DNA from: Trichodelitschia bisporula
Taxonomy: Eukaryota
Assembly (NCBI GenBank): GCA_010356995.1
Contig: ML996690.1
Coordinates: 1,148,217-1,212,216 of the forward strand
DNA: 64,000 nt
Reading direction: 5' to 3'
Part shown: positions 12,383 to 25,267 of the stretch, in pieces
How the letters are laid out: every line of letters starts with the position of its first letter
Position numbering within the stretch: the stretch's first letter is position 1
Notes under the pieces: model-generated
Databases searched by the model: none
Seen by the model: the letters and a program-made list of their open reading frames with translations, nothing else
What the model was told of the DNA's origin: nothing
Translations under genes and position numbers: made by a program

Positions 12383-15222
12383 ATGGACGACCTTGCCGGC
12401 CTCGATTGGAACTTGAAGCCGTCCAACCCTCCCCCTCCGCAGCCGGTGACCAGCCCAGCATTCGCCCACCCCGCGCTTCGTCCTTCCCCCGCTCCCTCCA
12501 CCTCTGGTCGCTCCAGTCCCTTTGCGCCTCTTGTACCAGGAAATAATGCCTCTTCGTCCTCAAGACCCTTTAAACCTCCCGCCAAACCCCCCGCCGCCAC
12601 CGACAGCTTCGCCAGCCTGCTGTCCACCGGATCGAACAAGGCGTCAAACAACCTGTCGCTGCAGGAGCGCCAGAAGTTGTTGCTAGAGGAAAAGGCGAAG
12701 AAGGAGGCGGAACGTCGAAAGCAACTCGACGCGCAGTTCGGCGCGCAGCACAGCGCCTTTTGGGATGGTTTGGGACAGGGCCGCAGCGCGGCTTCGAGCG
12801 GTGCGTCCACGCCTGCTCCCGTGCCGGGCGCCAGAGGAACCCCTCCTGGACTCCATGGTGGCATAAGCAGGCCACCAGGTGTCTTGAACAACGGTACTGC
12901 GGGTCGCCATCCGTCAGACGACACTGATATTCTGGCCGCATTCAGTGCAGCAGCGCCAGTCGATGCCTCGAGTCACTTCCCGCCTCCACTGGCAGGTACT
13001 AGTGGCCGTAGCACGCCGGCCAGCCTCCCGCCGAAGTCGAGCACCCCAAATGCGCCCTTTCCCGGAGGGAGAAATGACCCTATGCAATTTGGTGACGATG
13101 ACGACCCATTTGGCCTCGGTGCACTACCCCAGAAGCCCGCGTCTCGGCAGCCAGCCCAGCCTCCCGCTGATGGCGACGATGACATACTCGGGTTACTCGC
13201 CAAGCCAGTCTCTGAGATCAAAAAGGCAGAGGTTAAACATGAGCCACCTGCGTCAGCGCCTCGTCGCCATGTAGAGGATTCGGACGACGAGGTTGACCCG
13301 CGTGACAAGGCTGTGGCGGCGATCGTAAATATGGGTTTCCCTGCAGACAAGGCGGTGGATGCTTTGATGCAGACTGAGAGCGGTGTGGACGTTCAGGCTG
13401 CGATTGGGATATTGCTTCAAGCTGCTCATGAAGAAGGGAAGCAAAGGTCACGTCAACGCGCCGCTCCTTCGCATGCACAGTCGCCTGCTGAAGAGACCGG
13501 TCGTCAACCAAAGCGAGGTGATTCTTCACGGCCGCCGTGGATGCGTGAAGAAGAGGACTCGGCACCATCAGCTTCTCGGGGCAGAGATAACAAGACACCT
13601 GTTTCAGAAAAAGACGTCTCCCAATACGCCCAGGATATTGGCGCCACACTCTTCAAGTCCGCCAACAGCTTATGGAAGACGAGCCAGAAAAAAGTACAGC
13701 GCGCTGTTGCTGAGTTCCAGCAGGAAGGTGACGGCAGCCAGCCCAAGTGGATGCGTGATGCCCAACTTCAGGAGGCGGCAGCTCGTCAGGCACAGAGCCA
13801 ACCCAAGGGCAAGGCACAGGCAGCTCCGATCAACATGACGGACGAAGCTATGATGCTCGAGTCAGGAGGCGCCCCGCCACCAAAGCCCCCTCGGAAACCA
13901 CAGCCGCCAGTTGCTCCCGGACTCTCGGACAGCTCTCGGAGTCACTCACCGTTGGCACGGTCCGCGAGGCATCTTACCCGCCAAGAGCTCGAGCTACAAA
14001 GCGAGCAAGTTTATATCAGCTCTGCGCGGCGTCGGAAGGCAGAACCGCCGGCAGCTGCGCCTGTTGCTCAGCCAGTTGTTCAAAAGGCTAGGTCCCCGCT
14101 CACATCACCTCCTCTCCATCCCAATAACCCCTTCGCGCCTAAACCTGCTCCGCCGAAGGCTCCCTCACCTGCTCCGCCGCGATCGGCGCCTATCCCAGTG
14201 AGACCCAAGGCACCGCCGCGCCAGATCCCTCCGGTTTCGCCTAGTGCACTTGCTACGTCTGCGTCGCATCGGCAAAAGGGTACGGAGGCTTTCAAGCGCG
14301 GCGACTATGACGCCGCACATACAGCCTACAGCGCATCACTCACGCCCCTACCGCCAACTCATCCGCTCGCCATCGTTGTACGCTGTAACCTCGCCCTCAC
14401 AACCATCAAGACGGGTGACCCGAAAGCGGCGGTGGTGCATGCTGACACTGTTCTCCAACTTATCGGTCCCGCAAAGGGCGAAGGCGAGAAGATTGTCATC
14501 GGAGGCAATGAGGGCGATAAAGAGATGAAAGAGTTCTACGGGAAAGCCTTAATGCGCAAAGCAGAAGCTCTCGAGCACCTCGAGCGCTGGACCGAAGCCG
14601 GCAATGTCTGGAGAGAAGCCGTCGAGGCCGGTGTCGGCGGCAGTGTCAGCATCCGTGGTCGGGAGCGATGCGAAAAAACAGCCGGGAAGCCCTCAAGCAA
14701 CGGCGCTACAACTAGGCCAGCTGCCGTGAAGCCGACTCCCAAAGCTCCCGCTAAGCCAGCTGTTCGATCAGCAGCAGTGCAGGCTGCCAGCGCGGCTGCT
14801 AGTGCGGCGGCGGTGCAGAAGCTTCGTGAGGCAAATGCTGCGGCGGAGAAGGCAGATGACGAGAAGTTCAGGCTGATGGATAGTATTGATGCGAAGATTG
14901 CGGGCTGGAGGGGCGGCAAGGCGGATAATCTACGCGCGCTGCTGGGGACGCTGGATAAGGTGCTGTGGGAGCAATCGGGGTGGAAGAAGGTGGGGATGCA
15001 AGATCTCGTCATGGCCAACAAGGTCAAGATTATCTACATGAAGGCGATTGCGAAGGTGCATCCTGATAAGGTTGGTCTGGTTTTCTGGTATGGGAACTCA
15101 CGATGCTGATGGTGTGATAGATTGCGCAGAACGCCACTACGGAACAGAAGATGATCAGTGCCGCTGTATTTAGCACGCTGAATGAGGCTTGGGACAAGTT
15201 CAAAAAGGACAATAACCTGTAG
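12383..15222 (+). CDS. SWA2: Auxilin-like clathrin-uncoating factor (UBA, TPR, C-terminal J domain); intron 15071-15120
   Basis: 'DDDPFGL' motif, UBA 'IVNMGFPADKAVDAL', TPR 'KGTEAFKRGDY' and J domain 'NLRALLGTL...YMKAIAKVHPDK|IAQNATTEQKMISAAVFSTLNEAWDKFK'. Confidence 0.92.
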
Positions 15223-15788
15223 GCGGTAGATTGAGGATGACGATATGACCGTTGACGAGACATGGGCTTTGTGCTGCATTTGAGCCTTGATATTGCCCGG
15301 CATCGTTTGGGAGCCAAACATCATAGATGCATACATGATATTCTGCCTTAATCTTTCCTTTGCTATGCTTTGCGATGCTCTGCTGTGCTCTCCGCCATTT
15401 TACATGTCTGATAACTGTGGTCAAACTGCAGTCTGCTACTGTAATTGTCAAGAAACAGCTGATCTAAGTTCTGGGGTCGTTGATAGTGATTGCCGAAAGC
15501 GGCATGGCGGTGATAGATTAGTTTTTCTTTCCCCGCGCAGGCCTAGTTCTAGAGTTCAACTTGCAACGGAGCACGCAGCGAAGGGGGCCGAAAGCATGAC
15601 CTGCAACGTCCTGCACCTCCATTGATTACGAAAGAGTACGAAAGATCGCCCCCCCCCCCCCCCCATTCATTGCTGCCGGCCTTTGCCATCGACATCTTGT
15701 CCTCGCCGTATCCCCAAGCGACGAGCTGAGATGTTTCCCTGCACCAGCAGCTCAACCCAACCCCGAGGTCACAGCGGTACATGAACCC

Positions 15789-18299
15789 ATGCGGAACCCC
15801 GTAGCCTGCGTGGCCTGCCGTTCGGCCAAGCGGCAAGTACGTACTTGTTAACTTCCTTATCTTCACGACAATCCTCCTAGTTCTACCCCTCTATATTTGC
15901 AAACCATCACCCGATTACCCCCCCACTTCGTTGCTGACATGCGCCGCTTCTCTAGTGCATCCACAATGATCGCCCGCCCTGTAAACGCTGCAAAGATCGC
16001 GCCGAGACATGCTACTTCCCGCCGCCGGGTACTTCGTCGCTGCACCGTCAGCCCAAGCCGCGGCGTACCAGCATGCGCGCCGGCGGCTTCTCGCCGCAGA
16101 GCGAGGCGGTCGATCGGCTAGGTCGCGGGCTGTCGCTGATGCTGAACTCTCCAGAGAAGGAGGACCCGCCCCGTGATTTGGCTACTATCGATCCCTTTGA
16201 CTTGTTCACCGATGAGGTCAAGAATAGCTTTTTGCGCTGCGCGTACAAGTGGTCGTTTAACCATATTCCCGGGCTACTGATGAGCGTGCGCAGCCGCACG
16301 TTAGATCGCGGGCTCATATGGGCCATTCTGGCGCTGGCTATCAGGTATGCACTTGTCGAGTATCAGCGGTCCGTTCTGACCCCCGCAGATTCTCCAACGA
16401 CGCACCACTCCACTTCAAGACCCCCATCGAAGCCAGCAATGCCTTCGCCGCCCACGCCCGCTCCATCCTCATCCCCGCCGTCGAGCAGCCAACCGTCGGC
16501 CACATCCAAGGCCTCCTGATGCTGACCGGCCACTCATGGGGCGCAGGTGAAGGCCGGAGCGCCTGGATCTACCTCGGCATGGCCCTGCGCATGGCACAAA
16601 TGATGCGTCTCTTCGAAGAACCCCCAACCGCACGCAACCGCGAGGAATTCGTCGCCGCAGAGGAGCGTCGCCGCACGGCGTGGACCTGCTTCCTGATGGA
16701 CAGCCTGCTCAGCGGGGGTAGGGGCCGGAAGCGCACTCTTACGGCTGACGATATCCGCCTGCAGCTCCCCTGCGACACGGATTACTTCCACTTCGGCGAG
16801 CGCGTGCGCTCGGAGCGGCTCGACGGTTCAGTGCTCCCAGATGAGGCGGCGGGGCCTGTCCATCCGTGCGGCATCATCGCGTCCAGCATGCGCGCCGCCG
16901 ACATCTGGGGTGTAGTTGCGCGGTGGGCGTGCGCGCCGGCCAGCGAGATGCAGCTGCCGTGGGAGCCGGCGAGCGAGTACCAGGTCATTTTGCAGAGCCT
17001 GGCGCGCTGGGAGGCCAGCCTGGGTCCGCGCCTGCGATACAGCATTTTCCTGCTGCATGCGCACAGTGCGGCGAATCAGGGCCAGGCCTACTGCTACATG
17101 CACAGCATCTACTTCATGTCGCTGATGTTTCTGCACCGCTCGCATCTGCCGCAGGTGCACGAGGCGGCGGGCGGGACGGCGCGGATGCGGCCCGGGGGTC
17201 CGGCGTTTGATGAGCAGTGGCGCGAGTGGCAGAGGCAGTCGAGGAGGGAGTTGCTGGTGGTTGCGGACCAGGTGTGTGATATGCTTGAGGAGATGCGCAG
17301 TTTTGGCCTGTTCTTCCTGCGTGGCCTTGTGCCTTGGATCGGGTTTACGATTTACACGGCCGTGGGGATTATGTTGTATTACTGCCACTTCCCGGACCCG
17401 GACGATGACTCGGATGTGATGAAGCGCGCGCAGAGGCGCGTCATGAATGGGATGGCGTTTTTGAAGGATATGCGTGGGTCGTGGCCTATGGCGGACACCT
17501 GGGTGAGTGCCGAGTAGCGATAGCTGCGGGGAACGGCTGCCGGCCATGAAGACACATGCTGACCCTGGAATTTTAGCGTGAAACCATCAAGCGCATGCAA
17601 GTCTTCTACGCAACCATCAAAACCAAAGGCGAGCAAAGCGTCTCCCATCACGAGCGCCGTGAAATGCACAGCGCGCTCGTCGACTACGGCGCGCTCCAGC
17701 CCAGCCCCGTCCAGGACGCAGCGAACTCGGCTGATTCGCCTGGGAGCAGCATTGAGGATGTAGGCCCGAGTGCGGTGGACGGGGTGGGAACGGTGGGAGG
17801 GGTTGGGACGGTGGCCGCGGGCCAGATGGTCGGGCCCAGCGGGATCGTGGTCGTGGATCCGACGGAGATCGGGCCTAAGCCGTTGGAAGGCAGTGTGGCA
17901 CGCGCCCTCCGCGACGAGACGAGCCCGCTCACAGCGCCGGACTTCCGCACGCCGCCTGCTATATCATCCACAACGAGTCCATCTAGTTTCTCGACTGGGT
18001 CGCCGGCTGCCCAGACCATGGGTGTTAGTCCCGCGGGGTCGATGCCCGAGGGTCTGCAGCAGCAGTATGCGCTTCAGCAGCAGCAACAGCAGCAGCAGCA
18101 GCAGATGCTGGAGATGGACGAGCAGGTGAGCGGGCAAGAGTCGCCGCCGATGGAAATCGATGGGAGCAGTTTTGATCTTCTGCCTGATTTTGAGATGTTT
18201 GATGTTAACCTTACGATTGATGCGGATATCGAGGCGGTGATGGCGGATGCGGCGCAGGGGTTTTGGGCGGATTTTCCGGGGGAGGTGGGGATGTATTAG
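15789..18299 (+). CDS. Zn(II)2Cys6 transcription factor with fungal-specific middle homology region; introns approx. 15837-15955, 16345-16389, 17503-17576
   Basis: Spliced binuclear cluster 'ACVACRSAKRQ|CIHNDRPPCKRCKDRAETC'. Middle region 'AWIYLGMALRMAQ...EERRRTAWTCFLMD'. PolyQ and an acidic/aromatic C-terminal tail typical of activation domains. The start codon is uncertain. Confidence 0.88.
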
Positions 18300-19109
18300 C
18301 GTCTTTCTGCCTGGTCATGGCCGGAATCCGGTGACGGTGAGGAGGCGAGGAGTGGGGGAGGAGGGAGAAATCGGCATTGGTGTGGTATACGACGGGGTTT
18401 TGGATGGGGCCATATGGCGGCGGTTTGGTAAATTACGTTTTTCGTAGGATTTTTCGGGCTATTTTGGCGCAGACGGGAACATTTAGATACCACGACACGG
18501 CCCCAATATTTAGGATATAATCCACTCTTCTTGTAGCCTTGTCGTGCCCCACTTTGCTGGCCCCCTCCCCCGCACGAGCGCCAGCGCGGCGGCAACTGCG
18601 GCGACGCGGCATGATGCGGCATCGCGGCGGCAGCGGCTAGTACCGTATTGGCGGGTGCATGAAAGGAAGACGTGGAGCAGGGCGTTCCGATTAACATGGA
18701 CATTCTTATTGGAGCCAGGAGGGTGGTTACGTTTGCTGGACTTTGTTAGGGGAGTGGAAGAGGTGGTGGGGGTGGGTTAGGGTTTGATGCTGGATATTGC
18801 TCCTGAGGTAGGGTCGGGGCGGGGGCCGCGCGGGCCTGCTGCCTTTTTGGACGGACGTGCTGCGGGTCGAGTTTTGAGTTGTATACCTCGGTGCTGAGTG
18901 AGTGTGGAGTGGGAGCATAGAGCATATGGAGGTGTTGGTTTGGAGGGCGGATGGCCCGGGGCGGGATTTTGGGGATTGCTGAAGGAGAAGGCTGGCGAGG
19001 CAATCGTCGGAAAAGCAGACGGCGTCACCACGTCCAGCTCTCAAGAATTAAGAATTAACCCGCCCGTATGCTAGCAAGGACGCCCCTCCAAAACCCCCGC
19101 TCCCCCAGT

Positions 19110-20719
19110 CTACAAACTCTCAATCTCCCCCCTCAACCACGCAAGATGTCTCCACGCCACAGCAGGCTGATACTGCGGCCCCATATGCCCGCTCTCATAC
19201 GTCTCGCCCCACATCAACCCGCGCTCATAATGCTGAATCCCCATATTGCCCTGTGCGGGGATATTAATCGGCGTCGCGGGCTTCTGACTAAACCCAAGAC
19301 TTCCACCCCAGGTCATGTTTTGAATGGAGAGAAGTGTGCCCTGCGTCATGATGATCATGTCGTAGTCGCCGTTCGCGACAAGGACGCGTTTTGTTGCGTC
19401 GATGACGCGGGGGAGGACGTATTGGATGGAGTCCGCGGAGAGATCGCCCTCGTTCTCCGGCCCGCCGCGCCCGACGAAGACGTTTTGATTCGAGCATTCG
19501 GTCCATTGCGAGGAGGCGGGCGCGTGCAGCGCGGCTTTGACGTCGGGGCGGTCGAAGTAATTCGTTTGTCCCCCAGCGCCGTCGGGGAATATATTGTCGG
19601 ACATGACGTCCTGCGGCGTGGGACACGTCTGGTTGATCTCGTACACGTTGAAGCACGGGTTCGCGCTTTGAGCCGCGCTATACGCTGTGTTGAAGATGTT
19701 GCACCCCGATTGCGTGCGCACGGGGGGTTGGAGGCCCTTAGCCGGGAAGGTGAGGTACGTATCCAAGAAGCGCTGGTACCCGCAGGACTGATGCAGGTTC
19801 GCAAGGCGATTCATTGTGCTAGTGCTGAACTTGAAGAAGTTGCTATTGGCCTTGATGAACGGGTAGGCGGGGACTTGTTGCTGGACGTAGTCGAACTGGC
19901 CGATGCACGGGTCGTACACGATAGCGCCGCTGAGGTTGAAGTTCACGGGGTCCTTTTTGTCGAGGATGGCGGAGGCGATGTAGGGCACGTAGCGGCCGGC
20001 GTAAGACTCGCCTGTCACGTAGATTTTGAAGTTGGAGATGCTGAAGGCTTTCATGAAGTTGCCGAGGAAGCCGACGAAGTCTCGCGCGATTTCTTCTTCG
20101 GTTTTTGCGGTGGGGGTGCCGGTTGTGTAGCCTGTGCCGACGGGTTGCTCGACCCTGAGATATTAGCGGCGTGTCGAGGTCTGCCGCTGTCAGGAACTTA
20201 CCAGAGCATGTTAGTAACGTTAACCCAACTCCACGGATTCTGAATCGGCGCCGGATCCCCCTCCCTCCACACATAAAGCCCATTCTCCTGAAAAAAGCCC
20301 TCGAGCGAACTACACCCCGGCCCACCATTCAACCAGATCGTAATCTCATCCACCGGCGCCCCAATCGTCGGCTGAAACACGAAAAACAGCTCCCGGCTGG
20401 TATCCCCCGTCTTAATCGGCATGCTGCCCGAGTAGAACTCGCCGAGCGTGAACGGCACGTCCGGCAGGCTGGTCACTTGGTACTCTGCACCCATCAGCCC
20501 CGCCCTTCCCTGCGCCGGGAATCACTCACGCTGTGTGGCATCGCTCAAGAACCGGTACTTCGCTGAAGCATCATCGCGCTCTTCCAGCTTCGCCTTCGTC
20601 TTCGCCTGCGCATTCAGCTTCGCAAACGGGCCCAGCTCAGAAGGCAGCGGGTTCGGCACCGCAACAGCCGCAGACGCAGCCGCTAGAAGCGCGATATGCA
20701 AGACGGAAGAGAAGAACAT
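19110..20719 (-). CDS. Secreted serine carboxypeptidase (peptidase S10), multi-exon
   Basis: Signal peptide [20 protein letters not shown]. Motifs '[14 protein letters not shown]', '[13 protein letters not shown]', catalytic 'GESYAG', 'NGDYD' and 'GHMGP'. Confidence 0.93.
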
Positions 20720-22087
20720 CGTAGATGGCGTGGGTGTCGTGGTCGTCCCTCCCTCCCGCCCACCCACACCCTCTTATACCACCTCGCTCCTTCCCTCTCC
20801 CACCCGTCCCGAGCTCCACACACCCAAAAGAAGAAGGTTCCACCGGCCTTCCGCGCCCGCGCCCCCCGCCCACGATCCACACCCCATTTGAGCCAGACGA
20901 ATGACACCGGACATAGCGTCCTTGTTCGCCGTACCCGGGAACAAGTTAAGCTCGGCGCAGGGCCCGCGCGGATCGCAATCACGGCTTCCTGTTCGGCGGG
21001 TTGGCGGGGCCTCGTCTTGGTGGGGGAGGGGCGGGACGACGCGTCGCGTGAGCGTGACGGGAGAATCCAAGGCACCGGCCTCCCCGACGAACCCGGGATG
21101 GGCGGGCGGCTCTCATCCACCTTCCCCGTTTCTGTGAAAGGCCCCGGGGGGGTGGTGACGGGATGAATGCGTTCTTTGCGATCGGCGCGGGGATCTAACG
21201 CTTTTCCCGGGGCTTGTCCGGGGATGCGTGGGATGTGCGGCCCGGGGCGGACGGTTAATGGCCAGGTTGGGCTGCCGGGGTCGTGATAGCGGCGATTCAT
21301 GCGCGGTTACTTGGTTTGATGCGGCGGGGAGGGTGGGCTGGGTTTGTTTCATTCGCGGGATGGAGATTGCCATTGTGTGTTGTGCGAAGATTTGACGGGT
21401 GCGTTGTACTAAGTACGGCATGTCACGTTGCAGCCGCGGGATCGTGCTGCCCGAGATACAGCGGGTGGAGTGAGGTGGATTGTGCATGTTTGCCTAAACG
21501 CGAGGGGAAAGCTTGCCCGTGCTTGTACCGTACCGATGTGGCCATCGGATAAGCTTTGATCAACGGTTGCGGGGTTAAAAATAGCGCAGTGATGGAAGGG
21601 AAGGTGGTTGTCGATATCGATGCGAAGTCATGGGCGTCATGCAGGAACCGGTCTCTCTGTAGACTGTGCGCATGGCGGGGCGCGCGCCACCCGCGGTCCA
21701 CGACGCCACGGCTGCACTCTTTTTCGACTTCCTATCTGGGCGGTGCCGAAGTGGGGGTTATTCCAGCATTTAAGGCAGGGTATTCAATGGTTATGTTTAG
21801 ACCATGGGACGAGGATAAGTCAGTTGAAGCTTGATTTCGTGATTGTCTACGAGGAGGATCTAAGAGAAGTAGGAAGGCAGGGTGTCTAGCCTTCAACAGC
21901 AGAGAGAGAGCGAGAAGAACGCATGCCAGATCAAGGTACGAAATCACGGAAACCAACGTAAGAACACTAGAAAAGGCCAGACAACCAAAAAATCAACGGG
22001 ATAAATGGAACCCCAACACCGCCCCCACACGGCCAGAGAGCTCTCAAACTCACACCAAAAAGACCAAATGGCTGGAACACCAACGCC

Positions 22088-24145
22088 TTACGTCGCCAAC
22101 GAGCTCTCAAACTCGCGCCAAATGCCTACAACCGCCTCCAAATGCTCAACCCGCATCTTGCCCTCCTCGGCCGTCGCCAACGTGCGCGCCGTATTCACCG
22201 CATTCGAAATCTCACGCCCGTTCATCGGCGCCTCCACCACGCGCTCGACCCACTCGTCACCGTCTATATCCAGCACCTCGGCCGGCACCTCCGCGAGCTT
22301 CTGGAACCAAAGCGCGCGACGGCGCTCCGCATCCGGCGACACGTACTGCAGCGCGAGATGAATGCGGCTGCGAATTGCAGGATCAAACACAGACACGCGG
22401 TTAGACGTCAGGAACAAAATACCCTGGAAATACTCCAGCTGGCGCAGAAACACGGCAACCAGGTTATTCTGCTCGAAGCGGTCGGGCCCGCTGTCGCGCG
22501 CCTCGAGGAAAACGTCTGCTTCGTCGATGAGCACGATGGCTTGCCAGGTGCTGGCGTAGGTGAGCAGTTTCTTGAGCTCGTGGCTGATTTGCACGCCCCA
22601 GGACCCCAGCTCGCCGGAAGAGATTTTGAGGAGCGGGCGCCGGGTCTGCTCGGCGGCGAGTTCGGCGGTGAGCGTCTTGCCTGCGCCGGGCGCGCCGTGG
22701 AGCAGAAAGATGAGTCCCTTGCCCTTGAGCGAGGCCTCGTCGCGCGCCTGGTCCGGGAAGCGGTGTGATGTGACGAGGGACTTGATCAGGCGGCGCTGGG
22801 CGAGCGGGAGGATGAGCTGTTCCATGGGATCGGGGCGCCAGGTGACGGGGCTGAAGTTGTCGACAAAGAACTTGCACCACAGCTTGAGCTCCATGCTGTA
22901 GCCGTAGATATAGGGCGGGCAGAGCAGCGGGTCGGCGTCGACGCTGGTGAAGCAGTTGGTGTCGCAGTTGAGCTTGCGGGTCTTGTCGTCTTCGCGGAAG
23001 GCGCAGCAGGATTCCTTCTGGTCGCGCATTTCCTCGACGAAGGTCTTGGGGTCGAGGACGACGCGCTCGCAGGCGGTCCGGGGGAGCCAGGTCCCGTCGT
23101 AGTTGGACCGCTCGTCGTAGAAGTCGAACGGCGGGGTCTTGAGGAAGAGGAATAGGCCGTCGTAATCGATGCTGTTGACACCGCGATACGTGAGGTACTT
23201 CTCGCCGCGGGCCGTCAGTCTTGCCTTGATCTCCTCCTGACTATCAAGCGGGAGGAACTTGAGCGGCACAATCGAGAACCCATTAATCTGCCCCGCATTC
23301 TCGCCCACAAACTCGCGCTTCTGGAAGATGTGCAGGTTCTCGCTCCCCGTGCCGATGTCCGCGCCGTCGCACGACGTGAATGCGCACGACAGCTCGAAAT
23401 ACTTCCCGTTGCACGGGTCCTCGTGATACCCGGTTTGCTGCAGGCGGTACAGCCGGTCCTGGCCATACTTCGAGTGGAGGAGCAGGTCACCGGGCCGGAA
23501 GACCATCCAGAGGTTCTTGAAGGCGCAGAGCCCGGAGTCGATGAGTTTCTCCGCGTCGCGGCCGTCGTCGCCGGCTTCGCAGGTCAGGAAGTGCAGCAGC
23601 AGGTCGATGTGCTCGCGGGTGGTGTCGTCAGCCTCGGCCTTAGCCTTGAAGTCCGACAGCTGCGAGCGGTGATGATAGAGCAGCTCAAACGGGCTCTCGT
23701 ATGTCGCTTGGGAGGAGAAATCGAGGGACTCAGATGGGTAGTACTCGACGACGGCCTTGAGCGTGGCCAGCAGCTGCGGCGAATTGATCTGCACAATCTT
23801 CTTCTCCTGCTTGCCCTTCTCGTTCAAGACCTGCTTGAGTACGATGGCGAATTGCTCGAAGGGCTTCTTCTCCAGGCTGCTCATGTACTTGTCCTTCTCG
23901 ATGACTTCGACATCTCCAGACTTGGTCCGCTCAACCAGCGCCTTGATCTCGCACACACTGCCCGTCAGCGCATCGTATCCGGGCTCCTCATCGGCCTTGG
24001 CCGGCTTGTCGGTGGCATCAGCAACATCAGCAGCCGTGACCTCCGTCAACTTCTCAGAGGTGTCGCTCAGGGCGACAGTGGGTTTCTCATCAGCCATATC
24101 GTCAGGCACAAGCGTCAGCAACACAGCGCCGAGAAATGAGAACAC
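22088..24145 (-). CDS. Fungal AAA+ ATPase with N-terminal DUF7025-like region (start may be MADEK at ~24097)
   Basis: Walker A 'LLHGAPGAGKT', Walker B 'VLIDEADVFL', 'FLRQLEYFQGILFLTSNR', 'DPAIRSRIH' and 'MNGREISN'. Confidence 0.9.
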   Translation of the reverse strand: MFSFLGAVLLTLVPDDMADEKPTVALSDTSEKLTEVTAADVADATDKPAKADEEPGYDALTGSVCEIKALVERTKSGDVEVIEKDKYMSSLEKKPFEQFAIVLKQVLNEKGKQEKKIVQINSPQLLATLKAVVEYYPSESLDFSSQATYESPFELLYHHRSQLSDFKAKAEADDTTREHIDLLLHFLTCEAGDDGRDAEKLIDSGLCAFKNLWMVFRPGDLLLHSKYGQDRLYRLQQTGYHEDPCNGKYFELSCAFTSCDGADIGTGSENLHIFQKREFVGENAGQINGFSIVPLKFLPLDSQEEIKARLTARGEKYLTYRGVNSIDYDGLFLFLKTPPFDFYDERSNYDGTWLPRTACERVVLDPKTFVEEMRDQKESCCAFREDDKTRKLNCDTNCFTSVDADPLLCPPYIYGYSMELKLWCKFFVDNFSPVTWRPDPMEQLILPLAQRRLIKSLVTSHRFPDQARDEASLKGKGLIFLLHGAPGAGKTLTAELAAEQTRRPLLKISSGELGSWGVQISHELKKLLTYASTWQAIVLIDEADVFLEARDSGPDRFEQNNLVAVFLRQLEYFQGILFLTSNRVSVFDPAIRSRIHLALQYVSPDAERRRALWFQKLAEVPAEVLDIDGDEWVERVVEAPMNGREISNAVNTARTLATAEEGKMRVEHLEAVVGIWREFESSLAT

Positions 24146-25091
24146 GAATAAATAAACGCAGTAAGCCGTGCTCGAAGATGGAAGCTGAATTCGAGTGTAG
24201 TCAAGAACGTCGTCAACAAGATTCTGCCTTCACCAAACACCGTCAAACCCTCACCCATATATATACTCATACCCCCCCGATTGCGCCCTTCTGCCTGGAC
24301 AAACATCCAGACCTAGCACCATGCATGATGGCCGCAGCCGCAGGAAGCTTAGCCCGGGCGGGCGCAGCTCGACGCAGTTCAGGGCGCGGAGTGACCGCCC
24401 CCCCACACGCGCGAGGACGAATCAGCTCCCCCGCACACATCTCTCCGGGCCCTAACCATCGGTCTCGCCCGCGGGCCACGATGCGGGGTGGATGTGGTGG
24501 GATGTGGTGGGCTAGTGGGGAGCAGGTGTGGCGGAGTGGGATTGCGGTGTCGGTGACGCCGGGCGAGGCCGCCCCGCACCTCAGCCAACGTAACCCGACG
24601 TCACCACGGCACGCAAGAAGGGCACCGCCAGGTTGGTGCAGGCTGCGACCCGCGATGCTGCCTATGTCATAACGGTGTCTTTGGTGATCTAGGCTGGAGT
24701 CTAGGATATTTGCTTCATTGATGTTATTTGGCGTTTGACCGGTACGTTGGTAGAGGCGGTAGCCTTACAGCGTACTTCGGACAGGCACGATAGGCTGCAG
24801 GGTGCGTGGGGCCTGTCGCCTGTATGATCTGACAGATGACCATTGCCCTTTGAGTGTTGGCATGCAGATGGTGAGGAATAGAGCAGAGAGGGGACCGATT
24901 AGCTCTGGCAAGGGACATCTTTACTTTGCCTGCTTCGATACTCTGCAGACGTTCCCAAACAGGCAATGACAGGCAATGTGCATCGCATCTGCATCGCATC
25001 TGCATCGCTTCCCTTTACAGAAATGCATCTCGCCTGCTTCATGCCAGCAACGACGGAAATAGTAGCTCGACAAAGCGGGGGATATTCTGAG

Positions 25092-25216
25092 GTCACTGAT
25101 TACCCGCAGGGCGCTGGCTGCCCGCAGTCACCGACTACCTGCACGTCACCGATTATCCGCATGTCATCGATTACCCGCAAGTCATCGACTACCTGCAGGC
25201 CACCAGCTACCCGCAA
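25092..25216 (+). repeat. 18-bp minisatellite, 7 units (consensus approx. GTCAYCGAYTACCYGCAN)
   Basis: Units read gtcactgattacccgcag / ggcgctggctgcccgca / gtcaccgactacctgcac / gtcaccgattatccgcat / gtcatcgattacccgcaa / gtcatcgactacctgcag / gccaccagctacccgcaa. Confidence 0.85.
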
Positions 25217-25267
25217 CAACGCAGCATCCCCATCTTCAGTATGCTGAGTACAGACACCGCGATTCCA

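Noticed and set aside
25092..25216. CRISPR-like interpretation of the short repeats
   Set aside because: The units are contiguous without unique spacers, the context is eukaryotic, and there are no cas genes.
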